The notes beneath the pieces were generated by a model. It was not told the DNA's origin. It was given only the letters and a program-made list of their open reading frames with translations, and ran no database searches. Shown here in pieces: positions 37,774-47,846 of a DNA stretch of 64,000 nucleotides. Position numbers and translations under genes: made by a program. How positions within the stretch are numbered: position 1 is the first letter of the stretch; every line of letters starts with the position of its first letter. This DNA comes from Candidatus Latescibacterota bacterium (GTDB lineage Bacteria > Latescibacterota > UBA2968). The stretch is from NCBI GenBank assembly GCA_965208125.1, contig OZ242320.1, forward strand, positions 3,136,001 to 3,200,000, read 5' to 3'.

Positions 37774-39053
37774 CAGCCAAAAATCTTTCGCACGGTGTGA
37801 AGGCCAGAGACCAGCGCGTCAATGTCTTCACGCGTGTTGTAAAGTGCCAGCGAAGCGCGCGTTGCTGCGGGTATGTCGTAGTGTTTCATAATGGGTTGCG
37901 CGCAGTGGTGCCCGGCGCGAACCGCGACACCGGCCTGGTCGAGAATGGTGCCCACATCGTGGGGATGAATATCGGCGAGGGTAAATGAGAGCACGCCTAC
38001 TTTGCGCTCGGCTGTACCGATCAGGTTGAGGTCCGGCACGCCGCGCAGTGCGTCGTGTGCGTATTCCAGCAGATTGGCTTCGTATTTTGTCGCGCCATCA
38101 AAGTCGATGCTGTTGAGGTAATCTATGGCGGCACCCAGGCCAATACTGCCCGCGATATTGGGCGTTCCCGCTTCAAATTTGTTGGGTAAGTTTCCGTACG
38201 TAATATTGTCAAAGTCAACGCTCTGGATCATGCTGCCCCCACCCTGGTAGGGCGGCATGGTATCGAGGTATGTTTCGCAGCCGTACAGGACGCCAATGCC
38301 TGTGGGCGCGAACATTTTGTGTCCAGAAAAGGTGTAGAACTCGCAGCCGAGGGCGCGGACATCCACGCGCTGATGGGGCACGGCCTGTGCGCCGTCGATA
38401 TGTACGGGTACGCCGTGTGCGTGCGCGATTTGCACGATTTCTTCCACGGGATTGACTGTGCCGAGTACATTGGAGATGTGTACGATGGAGACGAGTTTTG
38501 TGCGTGGGGAGAAAAGGGTTTGATATGTGTCCATGCAGAGTTCGCCCCGGTCGTTCATGGGGATGACGCGCAGTTTGGCTCCCTTTTCCCGGCAGAGCAT
38601 CCACCAGGGGACAATGTTGGAATGGTGCTCCATTTCGGTGATGATGATTTCGTCGCCCTCGTCGATTTGTTCGCGCCCAAAGGTTTGTGCAATGAGATTG
38701 ATGCCTTCGGTGGTTCCGCGCACAAAGATGATTTCTCTGTCTGTGGCGGCGTTGATAAAGGTCGCTACCTTTCTTCTGGCGGCTTCATAAGCATCGGTCG
38801 CTATTTGCGAGAGGTGGTGTACGCCTCTGTGTACATTGGCATTCTGGTCGGTGTAATAATGCGAGAGGGCATCGATGACTGCGCGGGGTTTTTGCGATGT
38901 GGCGCCATTGTCGAGATACACGAGCGGTTTACCCTGCATGTGTTGGCCCAGGATGGGAAAGTCCGCGCGAATGCGGCGCACGTCAAAAGGCGGTGCTGGA
39001 CGTGCGGCTGGCTCGGGCGGTTGGAGTGTTAAGATGTCCAGAGGCGAACTCAT
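37773..39053 (-). CDS. sufS: Cysteine desulfurase SufS
   Basis: YLDNGATSQKP, SGHKM, RAGHHCA. Confidence 0.95.
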   Translation of the reverse strand: MSSPLDILTLQPPEPAARPAPPFDVRRIRADFPILGQHMQGKPLVYLDNGATSQKPRAVIDALSHYYTDQNANVHRGVHHLSQIATDAYEAARRKVATFINAATDREIIFVRGTTEGINLIAQTFGREQIDEGDEIIITEMEHHSNIVPWWMLCREKGAKLRVIPMNDRGELCMDTYQTLFSPRTKLVSIVHISNVLGTVNPVEEIVQIAHAHGVPVHIDGAQAVPHQRVDVRALGCEFYTFSGHKMFAPTGIGVLYGCETYLDTMPPYQGGGSMIQSVDFDNITYGNLPNKFEAGTPNIAGSIGLGAAIDYLNSIDFDGATKYEANLLEYAHDALRGVPDLNLIGTAERKVGVLSFTLADIHPHDVGTILDQAGVAVRAGHHCAQPIMKHYDIPAATRASLALYNTREDIDALVSGLHTVRKIFG

Positions 39054-40375
39054 GCGATGTCCTTTGCGTCGATGCGTTCGAGGCGGGTGTCGATTAAGTC
39101 GCTGAGGTGCGACCGCACGGGGACAAGGGTCACGCGCCCGATAATGTCATCGGCAAAAGCGCGGAGCAAAATGTGCTTTGCCTCGGTTTTGGGAATGCCG
39201 CGCGCTTGCAGGTAAAAGAGTGCGTTTTCGTCGAGTTGGCCTATTGTTGCGCCATGCGAACATTTGACTTCGTCGGCGTAGATTTCGAGCTGGGGTTTGG
39301 TGTTGACGCGCGCGTTGTCCGAAAGCAGAATATTTTCGTTTTGCTGGTAGGCATCGGTGTGTTGCGCTTTTTGATGGACGTGAATTTTTCCCCGAAAAAT
39401 CGCGCGAGATGATCCTCCCAAAATCCCTTTGTAGAGTTCGTGGCTGGGGCAATGGGGTTCGGCGTGTTCAAGCAGGGTGTAGTTATCGACTTGTTGGGAT
39501 CCTTCGAGGGCGTAAAATCCATTGACGGTGGCTTCGCTGCCTTCGCCGCGCAGGTACGCGCTTACGTCGTTGCGAACAAATGCCCCGCCGAGTGTAAAAT
39601 CGTGAAAGATCATCCTGCTGCTGCGCCCGAGTTGTGCCTGAAAATTGGCGACGTGCAAACCCGCTGTGCCCTGCAATTCGAGGCGGATACAATTTACGCT
39701 GGCATTGTCGCAGGCGATGATTTCTGTGACTGCATTGGTAAAATAAGTCTCTGTGCCCGTTCCCGCATAGGTTTCAACAAGCGAAAGCTGACTGTTTTCA
39801 TCCGCGATGATCAGGTTGCGCGGATGAGATATTGTGGGGATTTCTGACTCTGTTGTGATAAAGAGGATATGCACGGGGGCTTCAACTGTGACATTTGGCT
39901 GAACATGGATGAATACGCCATCGCGCATGAATGCCGTGTTGAGGGCGGTGAAGGCCAAATCTGTGGTTTGTGCGAGTTTGCCCAGATGCGCTTTGACGAG
40001 TGGATGGTCGTAAACGTCGGCGAGGTTGGCAATGGTTATGCCTTCTGGTACGTCAGATGTGTGTTCTGGCGCGTAATGTCCATTGACGAATACGAGGCGG
40101 ATGCCCTGCAGGTCGGGATAGATGAAGGGTTCCAGTTCTGCATCTGCAAGGGTGGCAGGAGCTGCAGGCTCAAAGTCGGTTCTGATGAGCGCTGAGGGGT
40201 TCACGCTTTTCCAGGCTTCATCTGCAGTGGTGGGATATCCCAGGCGGTCAAAGTCGGCAATTGCCTGTTGACGCAATGCTCGCAGTGGCTGGCCATTGAG
40301 GCTGGATTCAAATTTTTGAATCCAGGATGTGTGATTAGACGCTGTGTGTCGCGTGTTCTTCTTTGATCCAGTCAT
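39050..40375 (-). CDS. sufD: Fe-S assembly protein SufD (start uncertain)
   Basis: [25 protein letters not shown]. Confidence 0.92.
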   Translation of the reverse strand: MTGSKKNTRHTASNHTSWIQKFESSLNGQPLRALRQQAIADFDRLGYPTTADEAWKSVNPSALIRTDFEPAAPATLADAELEPFIYPDLQGIRLVFVNGHYAPEHTSDVPEGITIANLADVYDHPLVKAHLGKLAQTTDLAFTALNTAFMRDGVFIHVQPNVTVEAPVHILFITTESEIPTISHPRNLIIADENSQLSLVETYAGTGTETYFTNAVTEIIACDNASVNCIRLELQGTAGLHVANFQAQLGRSSRMIFHDFTLGGAFVRNDVSAYLRGEGSEATVNGFYALEGSQQVDNYTLLEHAEPHCPSHELYKGILGGSSRAIFRGKIHVHQKAQHTDAYQQNENILLSDNARVNTKPQLEIYADEVKCSHGATIGQLDENALFYLQARGIPKTEAKHILLRAFADDIIGRVTLVPVRSHLSDLIDTRLERIDAKDIA

Positions 40376-41096
40376 AGCCTTTTTCTTCCAATTCCAGGGC
40401 GAGTGTTTTGTCGCCCGATTGCACGATGCGTCCGTCGAGCATAACGTGGACCATGTCGGGCACGATGTTATTGAGCAAGCGCTGGTAGTGCGTGACCACA
40501 ATGGTGGCTTTGTCCGCGCTGTGGAGTGTATTGATGCCGTTGGCTACAACGCGCAGGGCGTCGATATCGAGTCCGGAGTCGGTTTCGTCGAGTATGGCGA
40601 GGCGGGGTTCTAAGACAGCCATTTGCAGAATTTCATGGCGTTTTTTTTCGCCGCCGGAAAAGCCTTCGTTGACCGAACGTTTGAGAAATTTTTCGTCCAT
40701 TTCGACCAGTTTGAGTTTGTCGCGAATCAGCGCGAGGAAGTCTATGGCATCGACTTCTTCTTCATCTCTGGCCGTTCGAAGGGCGTTGAGCGCTGTGCGC
40801 AAGAAATACGCGCTGTTGACACCGGGTATTTCTACCGGGTACTGAAAGGCGAGAAAGACGCCCTGTACTGCGCGTTTATCCGGGTCCATATCGAGCAGGT
40901 CCTGGCCCTCGTAGATGACTTCGCCTTCCGTAACGCTATAGGCTTCGTGGCCCGCGAGGACCTGAGCCAATGTGCTTTTGCCCGACCCGTTGGGTCCCAT
41001 AATGGCGTGGATTTCTCCTGTGTTGACCGTGAGGTCGATGCCGTGAAGAATTTCCGCGCCTTCCACACCTGCGTGCAGATTTCGAATTTCGAGCAT
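40335..41096 (-). CDS. sufC: Fe-S assembly ATPase SufC
   Basis: [25 protein letters not shown]. Confidence 0.95.
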   Translation of the reverse strand: MLEIRNLHAGVEGAEILHGIDLTVNTGEIHAIMGPNGSGKSTLAQVLAGHEAYSVTEGEVIYEGQDLLDMDPDKRAVQGVFLAFQYPVEIPGVNSAYFLRTALNALRTARDEEEVDAIDFLALIRDKLKLVEMDEKFLKRSVNEGFSGGEKKRHEILQMAVLEPRLAILDETDSGLDIDALRVVANGINTLHSADKATIVVTHYQRLLNNIVPDMVHVMLDGRIVQSGDKTLALELEEKGYDWIKEEHATHSV

Positions 41097-41121
41097 GTTA
41101 TTTCTTTCCTTAAATTGTGAT

Positions 41122-42591
41122 CTAACCGACGCTGCCTTCGAGGCTGATGCCGAGGAGTTTTTGGGCTTCGACTGCAAATTCCATGGGCAGTTCTGCGAGG
41201 ACTTCTTTGCAGAAGCCGTTGACGATCATTGAGACGGCGTCTTCTGTGGAGATGCCGCGCTGGTTGCAATAGAAGATCTGGTCTTCGCCAATTTTGGATG
41301 TGGTGGCTTCATGTTCGACCTGCGCGGATGGGTTGCGCACGTCGATATAGGGAAAGGTGTGTGCGCCGCACTGGTCGCCGATGAGCATGGAGTCGCATTG
41401 GGTAAAGTTTCTGGCGTTGTGCGCGCCTTTGAGCACTTGCACGGCACCGCGATAGGTGTTTTGTCCGCGCAGGGCGGATATGCCTTTGGAGATGATGGTA
41501 CTTCGGGTGTTTTTCCCTATGTGAATCATTTTTGTGCCGGTGTCCGCCTGTTGTTTGAGGGAGGTGACGGCGACAGAGTAAAATTCGCCCACCGAGTTGT
41601 CCCCCTGAAGAATGCAACTGGGATATTTCCAGGTGATGGCCGATCCGGTTTCGACCTGTGTCCAGGAGATTTTGGAATTTGCGCCCCGGCAGGCGCCGCG
41701 TTTGGTGACAAAGTTGTAGATGCCTCCCTTGCCGTCCATGTCGCCGGGGTACCAGTTCTGGACGGTGGAGTATTTGATCTGTGCATTGTCGAGTGCGACA
41801 AGTTCGACCACGGCCGCGTGAAGCTGGTTTTCATCGCGCATTGGCGCCGTACAGCCTTCCAAATACGATACATAAGCACCTTCTTCAGCGATGACGAGCG
41901 TGCGCTCGAACTGCCCGGTGTTGGCGGCGTTGATGCGGAAATAGGTCGATAATTCCATTGGACAGCGCACGCCTTTGGGGATATAGCAGAAGGATCCATC
42001 GCTAAAGACAGCCGAGTTGAGGGCGGCAAAATAATTGTCGGTGTGCGGGACGACAGAACCGAGATACTGGCGCACGAGGTCGGGGTGGTCTTGCACGGCT
42101 TCTGAAAAAGAGCAAAAGATAACGCCTGCTTCGGCGAGTGTTTCCTTAAAGGTGGTGGCGACTGAGACGCTGTCAAAGACCGCATCGACAGCGACACCGG
42201 CCAGCATTTTTTGCTCTTCGAGAGGTATGCCGAGTTTTTCATAGGTGGCGAGCAGTTGGGGATCGACTTCGTCCAGGCTTGCAGGACCATCGCCTGCGTT
42301 TTTCGGTGCTGAGTAATACACGATGCTTTGATAGTCGATATCGGGATAGGTAACCATGGCCCACTGTTCGCTTTTTTTGCGTTTGAGCGGGTCTGTCATG
42401 GTCAGCCAGTACCGATAGGCTTTTAAGCGCCATTCGAGCAGCCAGGCGGGTTCATTTTTTTTCTCAGAAATAAATCGAATAATGTCTTCATTCAGACCTG
42501 GAGGCGCAGATTCCTGCTCGATATCTGTCACCCATCCAAATTTGTAATCACTCGTTGCGAGCGTTTCAAGTTCCTGGGCCTGTGAACTCAT
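41122..42591 (-). CDS. sufB: Fe-S assembly protein SufB
   Basis: [24 protein letters not shown]. Confidence 0.96.
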   Translation of the reverse strand: MSSQAQELETLATSDYKFGWVTDIEQESAPPGLNEDIIRFISEKKNEPAWLLEWRLKAYRYWLTMTDPLKRKKSEQWAMVTYPDIDYQSIVYYSAPKNAGDGPASLDEVDPQLLATYEKLGIPLEEQKMLAGVAVDAVFDSVSVATTFKETLAEAGVIFCSFSEAVQDHPDLVRQYLGSVVPHTDNYFAALNSAVFSDGSFCYIPKGVRCPMELSTYFRINAANTGQFERTLVIAEEGAYVSYLEGCTAPMRDENQLHAAVVELVALDNAQIKYSTVQNWYPGDMDGKGGIYNFVTKRGACRGANSKISWTQVETGSAITWKYPSCILQGDNSVGEFYSVAVTSLKQQADTGTKMIHIGKNTRSTIISKGISALRGQNTYRGAVQVLKGAHNARNFTQCDSMLIGDQCGAHTFPYIDVRNPSAQVEHEATTSKIGEDQIFYCNQRGISTEDAVSMIVNGFCKEVLAELPMEFAVEAQKLLGISLEGSVG

Positions 42592-42635
42592 TGTAGAACT
42601 CCTTTTGGGGTCTAAAAAGTAAGCCGTGCAATGGC

Positions 42636-42664
42636 AAATTACCCAAAGCATACAAAAATGTCAA
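42636..42664 (-). promoter_or_regulatory. sigma70 promoter of the suf operon
   Basis: TTGACA-17-TAATTT. Confidence 0.55.
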
Positions 42665-42734
42665 GATTAAAAATATAAAAAAGCCCAAAATAATTTGTTG
42701 TAAAGTAACGTATTAGAGGCTATAAAGATCTAAA

Positions 42735-43172
42735 CTATCCCCATGCCTTGCCGCTGGCGCGCCTGCGACGCTTGCTGCCGGGCAGGTCTTTTTTGGCAAC
42801 GGCAAAGCCGAGTAGCCCTTTTTGCCCGAGCTTTTTGAGATAGGCAAGCAGGGATATTTCGGCTTCTTTCACATTGAGTTGGTGGGTTTTGCTCAGGCGT
42901 TTGATGATGGCTTCGACGGTTGTGCGCCCGTCGCACATATCCCAGACCTGTGCGCCAATTTCGTCGAGTACCAGTGTTTTTTGTTGGGGAATCCAAAAAA
43001 TTTTAGATAGCGCGCGCACTTTCCACGAATCGCCGCGGGTAAGGGTGACGTGGATCTCGCCATCGTCGTTTTTTTCCCATTCGACCTGGTTGTTGCGAAC
43101 GGGCTTGGATTTGAACATGGCCTCGCGGCCAATTTTGGGTTGTTTTTTGAATAGCATAACAGGACTCCGCAT
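42735..43172 (-). CDS. PqqD/RRE family protein
   Basis: LDEIGAQVWDMCDGRTTVEAII…L…KGLL. Confidence 0.85.
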   Translation of the reverse strand: MRSPVMLFKKQPKIGREAMFKSKPVRNNQVEWEKNDDGEIHVTLTRGDSWKVRALSKIFWIPQQKTLVLDEIGAQVWDMCDGRTTVEAIIKRLSKTHQLNVKEAEISLLAYLKKLGQKGLLGFAVAKKDLPGSKRRRRASGKAWG

Positions 43173-43176
43173 TCTG

Positions 43177-44118
43177 TCAGGAAATGGCTGTTACATCCTT
43201 GCAATAGGCATCGAGGTTTGGGGCACCTTCGGAGTTTTTCCAGAAGGTCTGTACAACAAAAATTTTATTGGTCTCCATATCGGTCCAAATCCGTCCCGAA
43301 AGATTCTGGCGGGGGCGCATGTTCCAAAAGGGCAGGGGTTGAAGAAGGCCCTGCCACCGGCTTTTAGGGCGTCCATTGACCGAGAGTACGATGTTGGAAC
43401 CCCGGGTTTGGATATCGGTTTCAATGTGAATATGTCGAAGGTCTTTTGTAAAAAATTCAACATACCATTCATCGAGGTCTTTGCTATTGAGGATTGTGCG
43501 CGCCAGGCTGAAACGGTCAATATTGAGTCGCGTGCTGTCTTTTTGAAATCTCAAGCCTATATGCCCGGATTTGAGTTCAAAATTTTCGAGTTCGTATTCT
43601 GGGGGCGATTGACAGATCAGGTCGTAGAGCGCCCAGGTCAGGGGACCGCCGGGCGGGGTGTCCCGAAGGGTGTTGAGGACGAGGGGCAGAACGGGGTCGA
43701 GGTTTTCATCTGTGCGCCCCATAATGCGAATAAAAATGAGACGGTCTGAAGCGGGACTATACGTTGCGAGGGTGTGTACTGTGTAACGCGATTCCCAAAC
43801 AAAATACTGCGTGTTTTGCATGGCGGGAAGATCGAGGTCAAGGGCTTTGGGGTTGCGTTCAACGCGGAGGCGGCTTTTTTGTTTTTTGGCATTTTTTGCC
43901 AGACCTTCGATGTAGCGATCCACAATTTGCGCCACGCGGTCATCCCCTCGCGCTTCTTTCCATTCGAGTTCGAGGCGCGCAATTTGAGAATCGTCGAGGC
44001 GCACTTCGCCCGAGTTGGCCTCCCCCGATATTTTGCCGGGGTTCCATTCCGATGGAATGGTCAAGCCGATGCCATGCCATGCAAAGGGTATATATTCGTC
44101 AAATATGAGGTTTTTCAT
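43177..44118 (-). CDS. Conserved hypothetical protein, operon partner of the PqqD-like gene
   Basis: 313-aa ORF ending 4 nt upstream of the PqqD-like ORF; apparent internal duplication. Confidence 0.75.
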   Translation of the reverse strand: MKNLIFDEYIPFAWHGIGLTIPSEWNPGKISGEANSGEVRLDDSQIARLELEWKEARGDDRVAQIVDRYIEGLAKNAKKQKSRLRVERNPKALDLDLPAMQNTQYFVWESRYTVHTLATYSPASDRLIFIRIMGRTDENLDPVLPLVLNTLRDTPPGGPLTWALYDLICQSPPEYELENFELKSGHIGLRFQKDSTRLNIDRFSLARTILNSKDLDEWYVEFFTKDLRHIHIETDIQTRGSNIVLSVNGRPKSRWQGLLQPLPFWNMRPRQNLSGRIWTDMETNKIFVVQTFWKNSEGAPNLDAYCKDVTAIS

Positions 44119-44283
44119 GGTGCTTTTTCCGTTCGGTGCTCGTGTGTCTGCGCTCACACAGATAAGATACAAGGGGGTATTTGCGGTGTCAAGAGAGGAT
44201 ATATAGATGTATTTACGGTGTTTAGTGTGGGTGAAATAGGGAAAGATGATACCTTTTTGGGGAGAATTATTTGAGATGAAAAC

Positions 44284-44322
44284 TTGACAGATGCACGAAC
44301 GTGCACTATATTCAAATGTGCA
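44284..44322 (+). promoter_or_regulatory. lexA promoter with candidate SOS boxes
   Basis: TTGACA(44284)-17-TATATT(44307); perfect palindrome TGCACGAACGTGCA (44292-44305) in the spacer; degenerate TATTC-N4-GTGCA (44309-44322). Confidence 0.75.
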
Positions 44323-44368
44323 GGTTATGGATATACGCGTTTTTGGACTAATTAAAAGGAGGTGTGTT

Positions 44369-44998
44369 ATGCGAAAAAAACTAACTGCGCGCCAGCAGGA
44401 GATATACGATTTTATTGCTCAGGTGATTCGCAACCAGGGATATCCGCCTACGATCCGAGAAATTATGGAGGCTTTTGGCATTGCTTCAACCAATGGTGTG
44501 CGAACCACGCTGTCTGCATTGGAAAAAAAGGGTTATATTCGGCGGACTGCCATGTTGTCGCGCAGCATTGAGTTGACGGATTATCAGGCACGCGATGCAT
44601 CGCTTTCCGGGGATGTGCGCGAAGTGCCAGTGATTGGGCGCATTGCTGCCGGTGAACCGATTCTGGCGATGGAAAATATTGAGAGCACGCTTGCGGTAGA
44701 TTCCGGGTTCGTGCCGCGCGGCGATGTTTTTGCCCTTCAGGTTGAGGGTGATAGCATGCGCGATGCAGGGATATTAGATGGCGATTTTGTGCTCGCGCGC
44801 CATCAAGAATCCGCCCATCAAGGTGAGATTGTCGTGGCTGTGATTGGCGAAGAAGCGACGGTTAAGCGCTACTATCGAGAGGGGGCACAAGTCAAGCTGA
44901 TGCCCGAAAATGAAGCCTATCAACCCATTGTGGTAGGTGAAAGCCACGAGTCATTCCGAATTGCCGGCAAAATTGTGGGTCTGATGCGATCTTTTTAG
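44369..44998 (+). CDS. lexA: SOS repressor LexA
   Basis: LTARQ…GYPPTIREI, GRIAAG cleavage site, GDSM (Ser), ATVKR (Lys); AGGAGG SD. Confidence 0.96.
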   Translation: MRKKLTARQQEIYDFIAQVIRNQGYPPTIREIMEAFGIASTNGVRTTLSALEKKGYIRRTAMLSRSIELTDYQARDASLSGDVREVPVIGRIAAGEPILAMENIESTLAVDSGFVPRGDVFALQVEGDSMRDAGILDGDFVLARHQESAHQGEIVVAVIGEEATVKRYYREGAQVKLMPENEAYQPIVVGESHESFRIAGKIVGLMRSF

Positions 44999-45022
44999 AT
45001 GGGGCGGACGATCCGTCGATCC

Positions 45023-45051
45023 GTAGGTGCGGGTTTCAAACCCGCACCTAC
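45023..45051. repeat. GTAG-type REP palindrome / terminator between convergent lexA and dprA
   Basis: GTAGGTGCGGGTTT-C-AAACCCGCACCTAC perfect inverted repeat followed by a T-run. Confidence 0.8.
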
Positions 45052-45057
45052 TTTTTT

Positions 45058-46155
45058 TTATTTTTTTTGCCTGAAATGCATGCCGGGTAGCTGTTCGACC
45101 TGGCCCTTGATTTCGAGGCTCAAGAGGATGTTGAGGGTTTCTCCAGAAGAGAATCCCACTGCTTTGGTGAGGGCGTCAATATGTACCGAGGTCGCATCGG
45201 CAGACAGGCTGCTAAGAGCGTCCCATACGCGTTGTTCTCGGTCGGATAAAACAGGTTGCTCAGAGGGTTGAGGGGGGAGCGGTGACCGATGTTCAATTTC
45301 GCTCAAGATGTCTTGTGTCGTTTGTACGAGAATGGCTCCCTGGCTGAGAAGGCTATTTGTGCCCTGACTTTTGCCCGAATAAATCGGACCGGGTACGGCA
45401 AAGACATCGCGGTTCTGGTCAAGCGCAAATTGAGCTGTGATGAGTGCGCCGCTCTGTTTGCCCGCTTCAACAACGACTGTGCCGAGGCTCAAGCCACTGA
45501 TAATGCGGTTGCGTCTTGGAAAGTTGTGGGCTTCAGGGCCTGTGCCCATTGGAAATTCTGAGAAGACCACACCGCGTTCACATATTTGCTCAAATAGGGT
45601 GCGATTTTCAGGTGGATAGGGGCAATCTAAACTGCTGCCCAGCACCGCTGCTGTTGCGCCGTGTTCGAGTGCTCCCCGGTGTGCATGGGTATCAATGCCA
45701 ACGGCCATGCCGCTGACCACTGTTATCCCCGCTCTGGCGAGATCACTTCCCAGGCGATGGGCGGTTTCCCGTCCATAAGCCGTGAAAGAGCGCGAACCGA
45801 CAATGCTAATGGTAGGGCTGTGACACAGGCTTATATCGCCTTTTGCAAAGAGCAGAGGTGGGGGGGCGTAGATTTGATTTAGTATTTCGGGGTAGAGGGG
45901 ATCGGTGAGCGTACAGATTTGGATGTCGAGGTCTTTTGCGCGTGCGATTTGATCTCGCGCCCATGCCCAGTTCCGTTTGGTAGAGATAGATTGCGCGGTG
46001 CTGGGACCAATGCCGGGGATCCCGCACAGTGCTCTGGGAGACTGGGACAGAATATTTTCCGGCGTTTCAAAATGTTCGAGAAGAGCGCAATAGGCGGCGG
46101 GACCCAGACCCGGTACCGCGTAGAGTACCAGCCAGGGTAGAGTGTGGTCACACAT
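45058..46155 (-). CDS. dprA: DNA-processing protein DprA
   Basis: IVGSR, VSGMAVGID..AH, FPRRNRIISGLS, SGALITA. Confidence 0.95.
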   Translation of the reverse strand: MCDHTLPWLVLYAVPGLGPAAYCALLEHFETPENILSQSPRALCGIPGIGPSTAQSISTKRNWAWARDQIARAKDLDIQICTLTDPLYPEILNQIYAPPPLLFAKGDISLCHSPTISIVGSRSFTAYGRETAHRLGSDLARAGITVVSGMAVGIDTHAHRGALEHGATAAVLGSSLDCPYPPENRTLFEQICERGVVFSEFPMGTGPEAHNFPRRNRIISGLSLGTVVVEAGKQSGALITAQFALDQNRDVFAVPGPIYSGKSQGTNSLLSQGAILVQTTQDILSEIEHRSPLPPQPSEQPVLSDREQRVWDALSSLSADATSVHIDALTKAVGFSSGETLNILLSLEIKGQVEQLPGMHFRQKK

Positions 46156-46193
46156 AATGTCTCGTTTGAGATGGAGTTTTTGGGGATATAGAC

Positions 46194-46210
46194 AGCAATG
46201 TTTATGCCAA
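46194..46210 (-). promoter_or_regulatory. Candidate sigma54 promoter of dprA
   Basis: TTGGCATAAACATTGCT with correct -24 GG / -12 GC spacing, 38 nt upstream of the ATG. Confidence 0.6.
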
Positions 46211-46239
46211 AAAAAAAGCCCGTTAAATGGGCTTTTTTT
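46209..46239. terminator. Bidirectional intrinsic terminator downstream of the sulfatase gene
   Basis: AAAAAAAAGCCC-GTTAAAT-GGGCTTTTTTT. Confidence 0.75.
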
Positions 46240-46308
46240 CTTTATAGAGTGAACCTTTTGTTCAAAATGCGGATGATGGGTTGAAATATTTGAAAGCGGG
46301 ATAGCCTT

Positions 46309-47799
46309 TCATTTTTCGCCTCTCTCCACTGAATACCCGGGGATATTGTAGAGGGGAACCGCCCATCCCGCATCCTGAATTAACAAATTTGCATCCGCGC
46401 TTTTGGGTTCAGAAATCGCGCCAAAGTCTTTCCATTGGTTGCCGTCCAGAGGGTCGGTATAGCTTTCGTTTTGGAAAAAGCCTATTAGCTTTTCACGCAT
46501 TGTTTTTACTTCGGAGGCGTACAGGATATTGTACGCACAGTTGCGCGTTTCCTCTGCATCTGTGCGGTGATCGAGCAGGTATTCCTTTTGGTCGCCCGCC
46601 GAATAGATGTATTTCAAATTGCCGTCATAGGCCATGTACATACCGCGTTGTCCGCGCTGAATCTGACCGTAAATCATTCGTTCACGCCCATTGCCGACGA
46701 AGTCGGCCATGTCCAGGCCGTCTAAATCTGCGTTGTGATCGGAAATACCTGCTGCGCCCAAAAATGTGGGGATCAGGTCCATTAATCCACACGGTGTTTC
46801 TTCTACAACACCGCGAGGGAAGCGCTCGGGATAGCGCACCAGCATGGGCACTCGGGCTGCTGGATCGAGAAAGCTGCGTTTGCCAAAACAGTTGTAATCC
46901 CCCAATAGTTCACCGTGATCCGATGACCAGGCAATGAGGGTGTTGTCCAGTTCGCCCTGTTGTTCGAGTTCGTCAATGATCCTGCCCACGCTGTAGTCGA
47001 TGAACGATATGCACGCCCAGTAATACCCGCGCATGACCTGCAACATGCGATTGTCCAATCCCGCATCGCGGTACTTGTATCGATTCTGATGGCGGTTGAA
47101 ATGCGTCCACAGGTCTTCCATGTCATCGGGGCGTTTGGGAAAGGGCATCAGGGAACCGCGATAGAGTTTGTTCCAGGGCGTTGGCGGTGAAAAGGGTGGA
47201 TGTGGATGGATAAAACTCGACCACAGGAAGAACGGTTTGGATGTGTCGCGGTTTTTCAGAAAGTCAATGCTGCGGTCCGCGACCCAGGCCGTTGGATGGT
47301 GGCGTGCGGGAAGTTGAGAAATTTGCGGGATATAATACATTTCTCCTCTTGCGCCCATTGGATCGTGTACATAGTCATAGCCGTGTGCATGTAGATATTT
47401 TAGATAATCGTTTGCATCAGTTGTTCCCGAGATTTCTTCCTGTACATCTCGTGCATGAAACCCCCGCAGTCCTCCACGATCACCGGTAAAGTGCATTTTG
47501 CCCACTCCGTGACAGAGGTACCCGCCCTGTGCGAGGAGGTCCATCAGCGATGGGCGGTCTGTCGGTTGTCGAAATCCATTGTCAAAGCATCCATTTTTGT
47601 GCGGATACTGTCCGGTAATAAGGGATGCGCGGGCCGATACACAAACGGGCGAGGGCGTGTATCCTTTGGTGAAATTTACTCCTTCATGGCACAACCGATC
47701 CATTACTGGCGTGCGAATATGCGGATTGCCTGCCGCGTGAATGGTGTCCCAGCGTTGCTGGTCGGTAAATGCGAATAGAATATTGGGTTGTTTAGGCAT
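46309..47799 (-). CDS. Cys-type (formylglycine) sulfatase
   Basis: PNIL…TDQQR, CVSARASLITG, GKMH, PHPP, SDHG. Confidence 0.93.
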   Translation of the reverse strand: MPKQPNILFAFTDQQRWDTIHAAGNPHIRTPVMDRLCHEGVNFTKGYTPSPVCVSARASLITGQYPHKNGCFDNGFRQPTDRPSLMDLLAQGGYLCHGVGKMHFTGDRGGLRGFHARDVQEEISGTTDANDYLKYLHAHGYDYVHDPMGARGEMYYIPQISQLPARHHPTAWVADRSIDFLKNRDTSKPFFLWSSFIHPHPPFSPPTPWNKLYRGSLMPFPKRPDDMEDLWTHFNRHQNRYKYRDAGLDNRMLQVMRGYYWACISFIDYSVGRIIDELEQQGELDNTLIAWSSDHGELLGDYNCFGKRSFLDPAARVPMLVRYPERFPRGVVEETPCGLMDLIPTFLGAAGISDHNADLDGLDMADFVGNGRERMIYGQIQRGQRGMYMAYDGNLKYIYSAGDQKEYLLDHRTDAEETRNCAYNILYASEVKTMREKLIGFFQNESYTDPLDGNQWKDFGAISEPKSADANLLIQDAGWAVPLYNIPGYSVERGEK

Positions 47800-47846
47800 T
47801 TTTCACTCCCTGGAGAATACTGACTTAACCCTCGTCAGCACATGTT

